From Armatimonadota bacterium (GTDB lineage: Bacteria > Armatimonadota > Armatimonadia > Armatimonadales > Armatimonadaceae): a stretch of 34,243 nucleotides of DNA. Positions 8,868 through 18,723 of this stretch are shown here, piece after piece. The notes beneath the pieces are model-generated. The model saw nothing but the letters and a program-made list of their open reading frames with translations, had not been told where the DNA came from and did no database searches. Where the stretch lies: NCBI GenBank assembly GCA_043754515.1, contig JAYUUO010000174.1:1-34243 (forward strand). The letters are read 5' to 3'. Made by a program: the position numbers and the translations under genes. Position 1 is the first letter of the stretch, and every line of letters starts with the position of its first letter.

Positions 8868-9871
8868 TACAACCGTTGAGTTCCGCTGACTTCAGCCGCG
8901 GACGCGGGCGCGGCGAGTGTCGCGGTCAACTCGATGATCTCGCCGGGGAAGGATCTGCCGACCCGGTCCGACAGGTTGAGCAGGGCGCGGAACACGCGCG
9001 TCTGCCAGGAACCATCGCGCTCCATGCGCACGATGTCCTGCACATGCTGGCCGGGCATGACGCCGTTTACCGTTCCCACGGCACGCAGGAGGCTCTGCGG
9101 CGCGAACAGAAACGGTGTGTACTGTACGCGCTTTACGAAGAACCCGCAGGTTTCCACGAGGCGGACCAGGGAACCCGGCGAGAACGCCCACAGATGGCGC
9201 GGCAGATCCAGGTGATACCATGACGCCCCGAAAAGGTATGCTTCGATGCTCCCGGCGTTCGGCAACACCAGCAGAATCTCGCCGCCTGGTTTCAGAAGCG
9301 AATGCACCGACTCCAGCATCTCGCGCGGCGAGGCAACATGCTCCAGAACGTGGAGCAGGGAGATGAAGTCGAACCGTTCGTCGTCCTCGGGTCGCGACGT
9401 TTCGCGGATGATTGCGCCGGTGCGGTTTCGGGCGAGTGTCGCGGCGGCGGGGTCCGTTTCGGTTCCGGTCACACGCCACCCCTTCTTCTGGAGTGCCGCC
9501 ATGAATCGGCCGTCTCCGCACCCGATGTCCAGGGCACTGCGCGTTCCGGGAGGTAGATCCCGGTCCGAGACGGTTGCCGCCATCCGCCCCGCGTAGGCGT
9601 CGAGCCGCTTGCCGACTTCGCTCAGCGGGTCCTCGGCGCGGACATAGGTTCGGGGACTGTAATATTGCGCCATCGTGTCGGCATTGGGTCGTGGGTCGAG
9701 GCGACGCGTTCCGCAACGCACGCAGCGCACGGCGCGGTAGCGCAGGGTGCCACCGAGCAGATGGTCTACGCCCAGTCGCCACAGGGTCGCGTCGGTCTCG
9801 CCGCAGACGGTGCAGGCGATTGTTGTGTCGGCAAGGATGGTGTGATTCGATTTCAACGGGGGCATTTTCAC
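8867..9871 (-). CDS. Class I SAM-dependent methyltransferase with N-terminal CxxC pairs
   Basis: CTVC...CVRC, LDIGCGDG, HVLEHV, LLKPGG, PRHLWAF. Confidence 0.9.
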   Translation of the reverse strand: MKMPPLKSNHTILADTTIACTVCGETDATLWRLGVDHLLGGTLRYRAVRCVRCGTRRLDPRPNADTMAQYYSPRTYVRAEDPLSEVGKRLDAYAGRMAATVSDRDLPPGTRSALDIGCGDGRFMAALQKKGWRVTGTETDPAAATLARNRTGAIIRETSRPEDDERFDFISLLHVLEHVASPREMLESVHSLLKPGGEILLVLPNAGSIEAYLFGASWYHLDLPRHLWAFSPGSLVRLVETCGFFVKRVQYTPFLFAPQSLLRAVGTVNGVMPGQHVQDIVRMERDGSWQTRVFRALLNLSDRVGRSFPGEIIELTATLAAPASAAEVSGTQRL

Positions 9872-9872
9872 T

Positions 9873-10823
9873 TCAAAGGGATTCCGCGACCTCGACCCAG
9901 GCGAACCGTTGCGACTCGCGCAATGCCCGCGTCATCTCGCCCGCGTGCTCCGCCGATAGCGCGAGGCCGAAAACGGCCGAGCCGGAGCCGCACAGCAAAG
10001 CGCGGAGCGAGCCCGCGCCCTGTACGGCGCGGTGCGCTTCGGCGACCTCGGGGAACGCGGGCAGGATGGCCTGCTCGAAGTCGTTCCCGAGCGCGGACGC
10101 GATGGCGGAAAGATCGTTCGGATTCGATTGTAGCACGGAAAGCAGGGTTTGGGTCGCGGTGCCGGGAACGCGGTTCGGCACCGCGTCTAGGAGCGCGAAA
10201 GCGGCGGGTGTCGGGACACCGACATGCGGCTTGACGAGCACGCCATGCAGGGCTGGGATATTAGTAGCGAGAGGCTCGACCAGATCGCCACGCCCGCGCA
10301 TTCGTACCGCGCCGGGGATGAGAAACAGCGGCACGTCGGAGCCAACTTTCGCCCCAATTTCTCGGCAGATTCGGGAGCAAAGCACAGCGACATCCATATC
10401 AGCGTGCTCCGGTTTCGTGGATAACTCTTCAAGACCCGAGCGCACTATGAAGTCGAAGAATCCTTGAATTACCGTCGCCGCGTTGCTACTACCGCCCCCT
10501 AACCCGGCTTGATATGGCAACCGCTTTCGCATCTCGATTCCGAAGTTCCACGAATGACGAGGATCAAACTCGTCGCGGAAAACTTGCGCCGCTTTGCACG
10601 CCAGGTTGCGCTCATCGGTCGGCAACACAGGATCATCGCATTTGAGATAAATAACGCCTCCGTGTTTGTTCAAGCCGGTGAAGAGCAATAGTTCGTCATG
10701 CGGCGACCACTTCGCGACAATGCTGTCCAGTTCGTGAAACCCGTCCGGGCGGGGCGCGAATACGTCGAGCGTGAGATTCACTTTGCAATGGGACGCGAAG
10801 GGTCCGAGGGTGCTAAGAATCAT
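9873..10823 (-). CDS. ispE: 4-diphosphocytidyl-2-C-methyl-D-erythritol kinase
   Basis: KVNLTLDV..RPDGFHEL, AGLGGGSSNAA, GSDVPLF, NDFE, GSGSAVFG. Confidence 0.95.
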   Translation of the reverse strand: MILSTLGPFASHCKVNLTLDVFAPRPDGFHELDSIVAKWSPHDELLLFTGLNKHGGVIYLKCDDPVLPTDERNLACKAAQVFRDEFDPRHSWNFGIEMRKRLPYQAGLGGGSSNAATVIQGFFDFIVRSGLEELSTKPEHADMDVAVLCSRICREIGAKVGSDVPLFLIPGAVRMRGRGDLVEPLATNIPALHGVLVKPHVGVPTPAAFALLDAVPNRVPGTATQTLLSVLQSNPNDLSAIASALGNDFEQAILPAFPEVAEAHRAVQGAGSLRALLCGSGSAVFGLALSAEHAGEMTRALRESQRFAWVEVAESL

Positions 10824-10826
10824 GGG

Positions 10827-11453
10827 CTATCCGAACAACTCATCTACAGGCATCGTGAAGCCGGGGACGGCGGGTTCCGCGTCCGCCGTCTCACTGCGCT
10901 CGTAGACGGCGATTGGCGTTCGCGCACCGCCCGCTCTGGTGAACTTGCGAACCACGGCGTCGGATGCGAGCAGGTCAACATCCCAGACGACCTCGTTGCC
11001 GGCGGCGAAGTAATCGCCCCGCTTCGCGGTCATATCCCGCTTCGCGGCAACGCCGTAGTCGTTCTCGGAGCGCACTTCGGCGGCGAAGCGCGGCGCGGAC
11101 GGGAAGAACTTCATCCCGCTGTCGGTGCCTTCGTAGTACGCGGCGTCAGGCGCGAAAGACTGGCGGCGCGGCAGGTCACACAGGAACGCCTTGCCGTCTC
11201 CCACCGCGATCGTGGCAAGTTTTGCCGCTTTCACATGAGGGCGCAGGGCGAAAAATATCTCGTCTCCCGCAAAGCCCGGCTCTCGTTCCGTCATATCGAG
11301 TTGTACAATCTTTCCGCCCACTATCTCCGCTTCACCTTCCTCACGGCATAAGGCTTCGACAAGCTCGTCGGGGGTCATCGGTCTGGTCGCGTGACCGTTC
11401 ACGCCTACCCGCGCGGCGGGAATGTCGAGGGGATGGTCTGCAAGTGTCGGCAT
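10827..11453 (-). CDS. Uma2-family endonuclease-like protein (intact)
   Basis: EIVGGKIV, FAPDAAY, PRFAAEVRS, KRGDYFAAG, VVWDVD, EPAVPGF; GAGGAG SD. Confidence 0.85.
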   Translation of the reverse strand: MPTLADHPLDIPAARVGVNGHATRPMTPDELVEALCREEGEAEIVGGKIVQLDMTEREPGFAGDEIFFALRPHVKAAKLATIAVGDGKAFLCDLPRRQSFAPDAAYYEGTDSGMKFFPSAPRFAAEVRSENDYGVAAKRDMTAKRGDYFAAGNEVVWDVDLLASDAVVRKFTRAGGARTPIAVYERSETADAEPAVPGFTMPVDELFG

Positions 11454-11490
11454 GGTTTAAGCTCCTCTTCGCGTGCCATATTCTACCGTG

Positions 11491-12723
11491 CTATGGCGTC
11501 GCTTTCGCCAGGATATACTTCAGGCCAACGGCCGTGGCATCGCCCGCCCCGGAGGTAGTTGACTTTTTCGCGCTCACTTTATACCAACCCGGCCTGGTGA
11601 CGCGGAACCGCACCGCGTCCGTGCCCCCACCGGTCCCGACGGAGAGAGGCTTCGCTCCACTCATGAGTAACGTCAGCCCCCCATTCGCCGCCTCGCAGGT
11701 TCCTGTCTTTAGCGGAACCCACGCCGGGAGTGCTAGTTTCAGCCCCGCCCTCATCCGATCGGCGACCGCCCCCGAGAGCGCGACGAGGAAGTCTTTCGGC
11801 GCGGTGTCGGCGATGGTGAAAAGCGCGTCACCGACTAGACGGGAGCCGAACGCCCGGTCGGAGTCCAGAACCGCCCCGATGTAATAGTCCATCGAGATGG
11901 CGCGGTCGCCGTCGAGCGCGTTGCTCGTTGGCCCCCCACTCTGCCACCGCGCCATTAGCGGCGCGACCTGCCGCGCATTGTATAAGACTATCGCATTAGT
12001 AATCTCTTGCATGTCTTTCGGGTACGCCGTCCGTCTGTCGCCCAAAAGCCATTTCATATACAACCGCTCGCCCAGGTATCCAGCGGCGTCGTATTCCGGT
12101 TCGGCGTAGCCCCGAGCGGCGGGGAGCGTCAGGTGCCCCCACTCGTGCGCGACGGTGCGGACCAGTTCCAAGGGCGATTTGATGGCACTGGCGGCGAAGA
12201 TGTACACGTTCGCGTCGCGCGTCTCCCCACCCTCACCAGCGGTCACGAACGTGGTCGGCGCGAACCAGACATCGGCCACTTCCGCGCCGCGCGGGAAGTG
12301 CGTCTCGCGCCCGAAATGGTCGCGGTGCAGGCGCAGAAAGCGGGCGATCCATCGGGCGGATGACACGGCGGCGGCGCGGTCATCCGGCTCGAAATGTAAC
12401 ACGGCACGACGTGACATTCTGCCGGTGTCCCTCTCCTTCTCGTAAATATATATGGCGCGAGACGTCTTGCTCTTGTACACCGGGTCAACCGCTACCGTGA
12501 CCGGCGCGAACGGTTCGGGGGTCACGATCACGTATTCACCGGGCAGGGTTTCGCTACGAGTGTCGGGTGACAGCGCGGCGGTGAGCGCATCCCGGCTAGC
12601 GGCGACCGGGGGCGGGAGGTCGGCGTGGGCGTCACGGCTTATGAGCAACAGTATGGCTACCACGAGGCGGAGAAGACTCCGCGTGGGCCCATGTCGTGGC
12701 CAGGAAATCGAGACTAGCGCCAC
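11491..12723 (-). CDS. Secreted hypothetical protein with HEXXH zinc-metallopeptidase-like motif
   Basis: Probable GTG start at 12723 overlapping the ndh stop, hydrophobic signal ending AHA-D, and TVAHEWGHLTL followed by acidic residues. Confidence 0.6.
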   Translation of the reverse strand: MALVSISWPRHGPTRSLLRLVVAILLLISRDAHADLPPPVAASRDALTAALSPDTRSETLPGEYVIVTPEPFAPVTVAVDPVYKSKTSRAIYIYEKERDTGRMSRRAVLHFEPDDRAAAVSSARWIARFLRLHRDHFGRETHFPRGAEVADVWFAPTTFVTAGEGGETRDANVYIFAASAIKSPLELVRTVAHEWGHLTLPAARGYAEPEYDAAGYLGERLYMKWLLGDRRTAYPKDMQEITNAIVLYNARQVAPLMARWQSGGPTSNALDGDRAISMDYYIGAVLDSDRAFGSRLVGDALFTIADTAPKDFLVALSGAVADRMRAGLKLALPAWVPLKTGTCEAANGGLTLLMSGAKPLSVGTGGGTDAVRFRVTRPGWYKVSAKKSTTSGAGDATAVGLKYILAKATP

Positions 12724-14165
12724 ACCGCGCTGGTCTCTTTCGCCCCCGGATTGAACGGCTTTGGCTCCTCGGGTTTGGCAGAGAAAACCCGTTCCTGCGC
12801 CCCCACGGGATGGATCAGGCGTGCACCGCGCTGGAAGAAGAGATACGCATACGACCACTGGATGAGCACGGAGAGCCGGTTCCGAAACCCGACCAGATAG
12901 AGGATGTGTATAAATAGCCAGATGCACCACGCGATGAAGCCGCTGACTTTGGTGAAATGCAGATCGGCGATTGCCTTGCCGCGCCCGATGACCGCGAGGT
13001 TCCCCTTGTCCCAGTAGGAGAACGGGACGGTCCCTTCCCCATATAGGCGGTGCAGGATGTTGCCGCCCGCTACCGCGCCGCTCTGGATGGCTCCCTGCGC
13101 GACGCCGGGGACGAGTTGCTCGTTCGGCATCGTGAACGTCATCAGATCACCCGCGACGAAGATGTTCGGGTGACCTGGCACCGACAAATCTTTCCCGACC
13201 TTGACGCGCCCGGCTTTATCCAGCTGATCCGTCAGGTTTTTGGCGAGCGGCGATGCGACATTGCCCGCCGCCCAGATCACCGTCTTCGCGGGGATACTCT
13301 CGCCGGACTTGAGGTACACGGTGTCGTTCTCCAGCCGCACTACCGGGTCGCCCACGCGGAACTCGACCCCCAATTTCTCCAGGTCACGTCGGGCATGACT
13401 GGCGAGATCCTCCGGGAACTGCGCCAGAATACGCTGTCCCGCCTCAATCAGGATCACGCGGACAGCACGGGTGTCAATGCGCCGGAAATCATCACGCATC
13501 GCTTTTCGGGCGATCTCCTGGATCGTGCCCGACAGTTCACACCCCGTCGGCCCACCGCCGACGATCACGAACGTCAAAAACGCGTCCCGCTCGACGGCGG
13601 CGCGTTCCCGCTCCGCCTCCGCCCGACGGATCTCGTACGAAAGGCGCGGTTCATCGTCCGCCGTGCTTGCCATGCGGTCCGCCGCGTCGCGCTCGATTTC
13701 GTGCTTTTCCGCCTCCTCGAACGCCATCAAAAACCGCTGGCGGATCTCCATGGCGTCGTTGATGGACTTAAGGCCCGGCGCGATCCGCTCCCATTCCGGG
13801 TGCGCGAAATAGCCGTGTCGCGTTCCGGTGGCCAGTAGCAGATAGTCAAACGGCAACTCGTCCCGCTCGTCGTCGAAGATCACGACGCGCCGTTCCGGGT
13901 CAATCTCCTTGACCTCGGCGAGCAGAACGCTGATGTTGCGGAACTTGCGCAGGATATGCCGGATCGGAGACGTGATGTCGGTCGGTGCGAGCGCGGCGGT
14001 CGCCACCTGATATAGAAGCGGCTGAAATACGTGGTGGTTCGTCCGGTCGAGAACGATCACCTCGCAAGGCTTATTGCCTAAAACCTTAGCCGCCTCTAAC
14101 CCGGCGAATCCGCCGCCGATGATCACCACGCGCGGTAATCGAATACCCGCCGATCCTGTCGCCAT
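12714..14165 (-). CDS. ndh: Type II NADH dehydrogenase (NAD(P)/FAD-dependent oxidoreductase)
   Basis: VIIGGGFAG, HVFQPLLYQVAT, VGGGPTGCE, IWAAG, FVAGD, YWDKGNLAVIGR, WLFIHILYLVGFRNR; ATG 14165. Confidence 0.92.
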   Translation of the reverse strand: MATGSAGIRLPRVVIIGGGFAGLEAAKVLGNKPCEVIVLDRTNHHVFQPLLYQVATAALAPTDITSPIRHILRKFRNISVLLAEVKEIDPERRVVIFDDERDELPFDYLLLATGTRHGYFAHPEWERIAPGLKSINDAMEIRQRFLMAFEEAEKHEIERDAADRMASTADDEPRLSYEIRRAEAERERAAVERDAFLTFVIVGGGPTGCELSGTIQEIARKAMRDDFRRIDTRAVRVILIEAGQRILAQFPEDLASHARRDLEKLGVEFRVGDPVVRLENDTVYLKSGESIPAKTVIWAAGNVASPLAKNLTDQLDKAGRVKVGKDLSVPGHPNIFVAGDLMTFTMPNEQLVPGVAQGAIQSGAVAGGNILHRLYGEGTVPFSYWDKGNLAVIGRGKAIADLHFTKVSGFIAWCIWLFIHILYLVGFRNRLSVLIQWSYAYLFFQRGARLIHPVGAQERVFSAKPEEPKPFNPGAKETSAVWR

Positions 14166-14264
14166 AATGTTGTTCCGTTCCACGGGATTAGTGTACCTAT
14201 TTAGGCGTCGTTTCCACCGCCCCCGGTGACACCCGCGCGAACACCCCCCGCATTGAAAGGAGGC

Positions 14265-14280
14265 TGTGATATTTCTCACA
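14265..14280. promoter_or_regulatory. TGTGA-N6-TCACA palindrome (CRP/FNR- or Rex-type site)
   Basis: TGTGATATTTCTCACA between the divergent ndh and first PEP-CTERM gene. Confidence 0.6.
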
Positions 14281-14371
14281 AAGGCGTGCAATCGCGGGCA
14301 TACTGGGGAAACTGGTTGCGGTCGCCCTGTTCCCTACTAATAACCGTGTGGTGGCTAGAAGGATTCTCGCT

Positions 14372-15271
14372 ATGAAACATCTCGTACTAACTCTAGCGGC
14401 GACGCTCGCCGCCGCGCCCGTATTCGCCGCGCCGATCGTACCCAACACGTCCGGCTCGTCGTACACGTTCGACAATGCCAACAAGACGTACTTCGTTACG
14501 GCAGACACATCCCTGAGCGCCGACATATCCGGCACCGATCTGTATGTGGGCAAGACCAGCGCGTCGAACCTGACAACTCTCTCCGGTACCGCGACTTTCA
14601 CCGTTGGTGCCGGGGCGAACACGACCCGCCGCGTTCCAAACGTCAACGGTCTGGCAGGGTACGGCGTCCGAACCTTCGGAGCGTTCCGCGCCAATATCAA
14701 CGGCGGCAATATAAACAATCTGTTCGGCGAGGACAACAGCATAACGGCGATCACAGCTGGCAACATCACTGAAGCGACCTTTTCCAACAACGCGAACGTC
14801 ACGATGAATAACGATGGTGCCGCGATTAATAGTCTGTTCCTCGGCACGGCAGGCACTACACAAGCACCGACAGCGAATATCAGTGGCGGAGTGTTCACCT
14901 TGATGACACTGACAGCTAACTCCGTCGCGACAATAACAGGCGGTATCGTTCCGACCGTCCCACTCAGTGGCGTCTTCCTCTATGATACAGGCGCGCGGGC
15001 GAATATCTTCGGTACCGGTCTGGTCGCGACCTATGTCGGTCTCGCCGACAATCGCGACACGTTTAATGTCACAGGCGCGCTTCAGAATGGCACAGTATAC
15101 ACGTCATCCGCGCCGCTCCCTGTGAGCATACGCAACGAGACCGGCAAGTCGAACAACGTCCAGCGGCAGTTCACGCTGAATAACCCCGCCGTCGTGCCGG
15201 AGGCGGGTACGCTCGGCTTGATTCTGCCAGTGATCGGCATGATCGGCACTCTGATACGCCGCAAGAAATAG
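14372..15271 (+). CDS. PEP-CTERM-type surface protein
   Basis: Signal peptide, Asn/Thr/Gly-rich body, C-terminal VPEAGT-TM-RRKK. Confidence 0.88.
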   Translation: MKHLVLTLAATLAAAPVFAAPIVPNTSGSSYTFDNANKTYFVTADTSLSADISGTDLYVGKTSASNLTTLSGTATFTVGAGANTTRRVPNVNGLAGYGVRTFGAFRANINGGNINNLFGEDNSITAITAGNITEATFSNNANVTMNNDGAAINSLFLGTAGTTQAPTANISGGVFTLMTLTANSVATITGGIVPTVPLSGVFLYDTGARANIFGTGLVATYVGLADNRDTFNVTGALQNGTVYTSSAPLPVSIRNETGKSNNVQRQFTLNNPAVVPEAGTLGLILPVIGMIGTLIRRKK

Positions 15272-15295
15272 GCCGATACCCAGTGGCCCGGCCGC

Positions 15296-15328
15296 GACAG
15301 CCGCCCCACGCGAAGCAGGGCGGCTGTC
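15296..15328 (+). terminator. Stem-loop after PEP-CTERM gene 1
   Basis: GACAGCCGCCC...GGGCGGCTGTC 11-bp stem; no U tract. Confidence 0.45.
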
Positions 15329-15475
15329 AGGTGCGCGAGATGATGCAGGCACATCCCGCGGCGAGTGATTTATCCTGAAATAAGCGATGCGGTTGCGCAT
15401 TTGTTGGGTATTATGTCTGGCTCCCATTCGTGCTGGCGGTGGGCCGGAGGCCCGCCGAGAAATGATCCTTTTGCC

Positions 15476-16141
15476 ATGAATAACATCACCCGCATCCTAC
15501 GCGCCGCTTTCGCGATAGCCATCGTCCTTGCCCCAGTCGCGAGCGCACGGGCAATTACTTTGTCGGGAGTGACGCTACAGAACGTCGCTTTAGACCGGTA
15601 CTGGAACACACAGGGTCCCGACGCCGGATTCAACCTGTACCTGTCGCAGAACAGCGGCGCGTCGTTCCTCAACTCCGGTGACGCGGCTTCGACGTCTGTC
15701 AACCTCACGCTCGCGCCAGGCGCGAACACGTTCCAGTTTTATGGCGACACCACCGGGGACGCCTCGCTCGAACTCGCGCTCTTTTTCGACGGGGTAAACG
15801 GCACGCCGCGCATCACGGCGAGTAACGCGGCGAACGGGGCGGGCAACGCCTTCACGCCGTACAGTGCGAACGTACGCGACGTCTCGCTCAACAGCGTCCC
15901 CGGCTCCGGCACCGTTCTATACTCGTCCGGCGCGACCACGGTCACGCTCACGTCGTTCTTTTACGCGGCGGGGCCGGATTTTGTCAGCCCGTTTAACAAT
16001 GTGACGAACACAGTTAGGGATGAAGTAGGCGCGTTCACGCTCAATGTCACGACGGTTCCCGAGACCGGCACGTTCGCACTGCTCGTCCCCGCGATGGGAC
16101 TGATGAGCGCGTTAGTCATTCGGCGCAAACGGGCGGCGTGA
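15476..16141 (+). CDS. PEP-CTERM-type surface protein
   Basis: Signal peptide ending ARA, C-terminal VPETGT-TM-RRKR. Confidence 0.88.
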   Translation: MNNITRILRAAFAIAIVLAPVASARAITLSGVTLQNVALDRYWNTQGPDAGFNLYLSQNSGASFLNSGDAASTSVNLTLAPGANTFQFYGDTTGDASLELALFFDGVNGTPRITASNAANGAGNAFTPYSANVRDVSLNSVPGSGTVLYSSGATTVTLTSFFYAAGPDFVSPFNNVTNTVRDEVGAFTLNVTTVPETGTFALLVPAMGLMSALVIRRKRAA

Positions 16142-16267
16142 GGTTTCTCACTTCGAGAGTGACCGATGGAACATGATGGCGGCGATTGGTGACTAACTCC
16201 CGTCGCCGCTGAAATAACCTACCCGCAATCATGCTCGCTTCTCGGCGTGGCGGAAGGAAACGTCCCG

Positions 16268-17234
16268 ATGCGTTCTCGCAATACTCGCGCTCTGGTACCC
16301 GTGTTGTCGAAATTCCGTTTCGTCGGCGTAGTTGTCGCCCTCGTCGCCCTTGCCTCCGTGACCAGGCACGCCGTTGCCCAAGACTTGTTCGTCGCCGATA
16401 ACAATGTCGGCAACACAAAGCGGATAACGCCGGGTGGCACGGTCTCAACCTTCGCCACCGGGTTTGGTAACCCGCGCAACCTCGTTTTCGGTAGCACGGG
16501 CGATCTTTTTGTCACCGATAATGGCACCGGACTTGTCAGCCGCATCGCGCCCGGTGGCGGCGTCAGCACCTATGGTAGCGGTTTTAGTAACCCTCAGGGC
16601 TTGGCTTTCGGCAGTGGCGGTGGTCTCTACATCGCTGACCCGAGTAACAGCCGAATCGCGCGCATTCTGTCCGGGGGTGGCGCGCCTCTTACTTTTTGCA
16701 AACATCAGTAGTATTCTGGGCGTCGCGCTCGACAGCGCGAACGCGGTGTATGCCAGTGGCAGTGCCAATGGTGTCATCATAAAGATCGCGGGAGGGAACG
16801 CTACCACATTCGCCACCGGTTTTACCACCCCATTCGCGCTCGCCTTCAACAGCGCGGGAGACCTGTTTGTCGGAAACTACGGAGGAACGACTATCAGCCG
16901 GGTGACGCCCTCGGGGGGCGCCAGCACTTATGCGAGCGGTATCAATAGCCTCATCTTGATGGCGTTCAGCAATAGTGGCGACCTGTTTGTCGGAGTTAAC
17001 GACGGCACGAATCGGGTTTTGAAAGTTACTACGACAGGTACCGTCAGCAATTTTGCCACGGTCAGTAGCGTGCCGACAGGCTTGGCCTTCAACAATGTCG
17101 CCGTGCCAGAAAGCGGAAGCCTCGCGCTCGCCCTGACGGGCATTACAGCAGGTGTCGTTGCCGTCGCGCGCCGTAAAAAAGCCGTAAGCTACCCCGAAGC
17201 GGCGCAGGAGAAAGGGACGTTGGCGTGTAAATAA
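16268..17234 (+). pseudogene. PEP-CTERM protein with NHL/beta-propeller repeats, split by a +1 frameshift
   Basis: Repeats (P..LAF...GDLFV) occur in both ORFs 16247-16711 and 16434-17234. Removing one T from the T5 run at 16693-16697 fuses them. C-terminal VPESGS-TM-RRKK. Confidence 0.82.
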
Positions 17235-17289
17235 GACGCGTCACCGCCCACTTCGTGATCCCCAGACGGCGATAGAAAGATACGTTCCG

Positions 17290-17937
17290 ATGCATTTTCC
17301 TTTGATTTTCACAACCGCCACGCTCGTCACTCTCGCCGCCGCGATGTGCTTCCCGACCACCGTTTCCGCTCAAAATCTCGTTCAGAACCCCGGTTTTGAG
17401 AGCGGTAATGCGAGTTGGACGCTCATCGGCAACGCCAGCGCAAGCCCTTACGCCAGCTATGTCATGACCCCTACCGCCGCGTTTGGTACGGGGATGTTTG
17501 CGTTCAACGCAGCCGATCTCGCGCCGAACGCCGTGCTATCGCAGAACCTCGCCACGATCCCGGGACAAGTCTACTCGGTAGCGTTCGTGTACGGTAACTA
17601 TGCCACCAATACCGGCGGTGGTAAGCAACAGGTTGTCGCTGCCGCGATAAATACCACAAACGCCGCCCTCCTTGGCTCCGTCACCGCCACCGACAGCGTG
17701 CCGGGAAGCCAAACAGCGTTCTCCAGCGTCATGAAGACGACGTACACCTTCGCCTTCACCGCGACCGGGGCGCAGACAACGCTCCGCTTTACCGACTCCA
17801 CCGCGTCCACCACTATAAGTTCCGACGGGATCCTCGACAACGTCAGCGCGGTCGCCGTGCCGGAAGTCGGCACACTCGCTCTCTTCGCCGTTCCGCTTGC
17901 CGGAGTGGTCGTCATACGCCGCCGACGCGCCTCTTAG
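17290..17937 (+). CDS. PEP-CTERM protein with DUF642/CBM-like jelly-roll domain
   Basis: QNLVQNPGFE, LSQNLATIPGQVYSVAF, FTATGAQTTLRFTD, LDNVS, VPEVGT-TM-RRRR. Confidence 0.88.
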   Translation: MHFPLIFTTATLVTLAAAMCFPTTVSAQNLVQNPGFESGNASWTLIGNASASPYASYVMTPTAAFGTGMFAFNAADLAPNAVLSQNLATIPGQVYSVAFVYGNYATNTGGGKQQVVAAAINTTNAALLGSVTATDSVPGSQTAFSSVMKTTYTFAFTATGAQTTLRFTDSTASTTISSDGILDNVSAVAVPEVGTLALFAVPLAGVVVIRRRRAS

Positions 17938-17955
17938 TGAACAGTGCGTCTTGTC

Positions 17956-17978
17956 TCGCCCTCCCGCCGGGAGGGCGA
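17956..17978 (+). terminator. Stem-loop ending the PEP-CTERM array
   Basis: TCGCCCTCCC-GCC-GGGAGGGCGA perfect 10-bp stem. Confidence 0.5.
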
Positions 17979-18012
17979 AATGGGGCGATATGCACTCTGG
18001 TACACTGAGGCC

Positions 18013-18612
18013 ATGAGTACCGCTATTCTCGAAGCCCCCACACGTGAAAAGGTCGTTTTCACCCCCCTGCCGCGCCGCCTTTCCGCCACCGACTACCTCG
18101 CGATGGACAGCGCGGCGGAGCGTAAGAGCGAGTTCGTCTTAGGAGATATTGTCCCCCTGGCAGACGCAACCCGAACACACGGGACGATCGCGGGCAACAT
18201 CGTCAGCGAACTGATTTACCAAGCCTGTGAACGCGACTGTGACGTGTTCTTCAGCGATACGCGGATTTGCGCGGGCAACTGTTACTACCCCGACGCTGGC
18301 ATCGTGTGCGGTAATTACCTCGTGGATACTCTGCACATTGACACGCTGACCAACCCCACGGTGCTTATTGAAGTCCTCTCTCCTTCCACTGAACATATAG
18401 ATCGCGGCATCAAACTGCGCGACTATATGCGCCTCGCCTCGCTCCGTGCTTATCTACTCGTGTCTCAGGACGCGCCCTGCGTCGAGCAGTATGAGCGCGA
18501 CGCTGACGGCGATTAGCGGTTCGCCGTCAGCGAGGGTATGGACGGAGCGGTCGAGATTCCTTCCGTGTCATGTCGCCTGCCTATGTCGGCGATTTACCGG
18601 CGCGTGACACGC
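18013..18612 (+). pseudogene. Uma2-family endonuclease with a premature TAG
   Basis: YYPDAGIVCG, NPTVLIEVLSPSTE..DRG.K..Y. The TAG at 18514-18516 falls where Trp is expected, and homology continues (IPSVSCRLPMSAIYRRV). The end coordinate is approximate. Confidence 0.8.
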
Positions 18613-18723
18613 GGCGTAGCGAAAGGCGCGGCGTGGGCGGGGGAGGAATCTGCCCCCTGGTTGCGGTATGTAGGGAGTGCGCGCGGCGCGGCGACGGCAA
18701 AACTACCGGATGGAGCAACGTAT

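Noticed and set aside
10827..11453. Uma2 and HNH genes as a coherent anti-phage defence system
   Set aside because: They are scattered, mostly pseudogenised, and lack partner methylases, ATPases or sensors
12724..12930. N-terminal extension of the 479-aa ORF, and similar extensions at 14166-14291, 1312-1419 and 18538-18723
   Set aside because: They overlap neighbouring genes or promoters; downstream starts fit homology, signal peptides or coupling better
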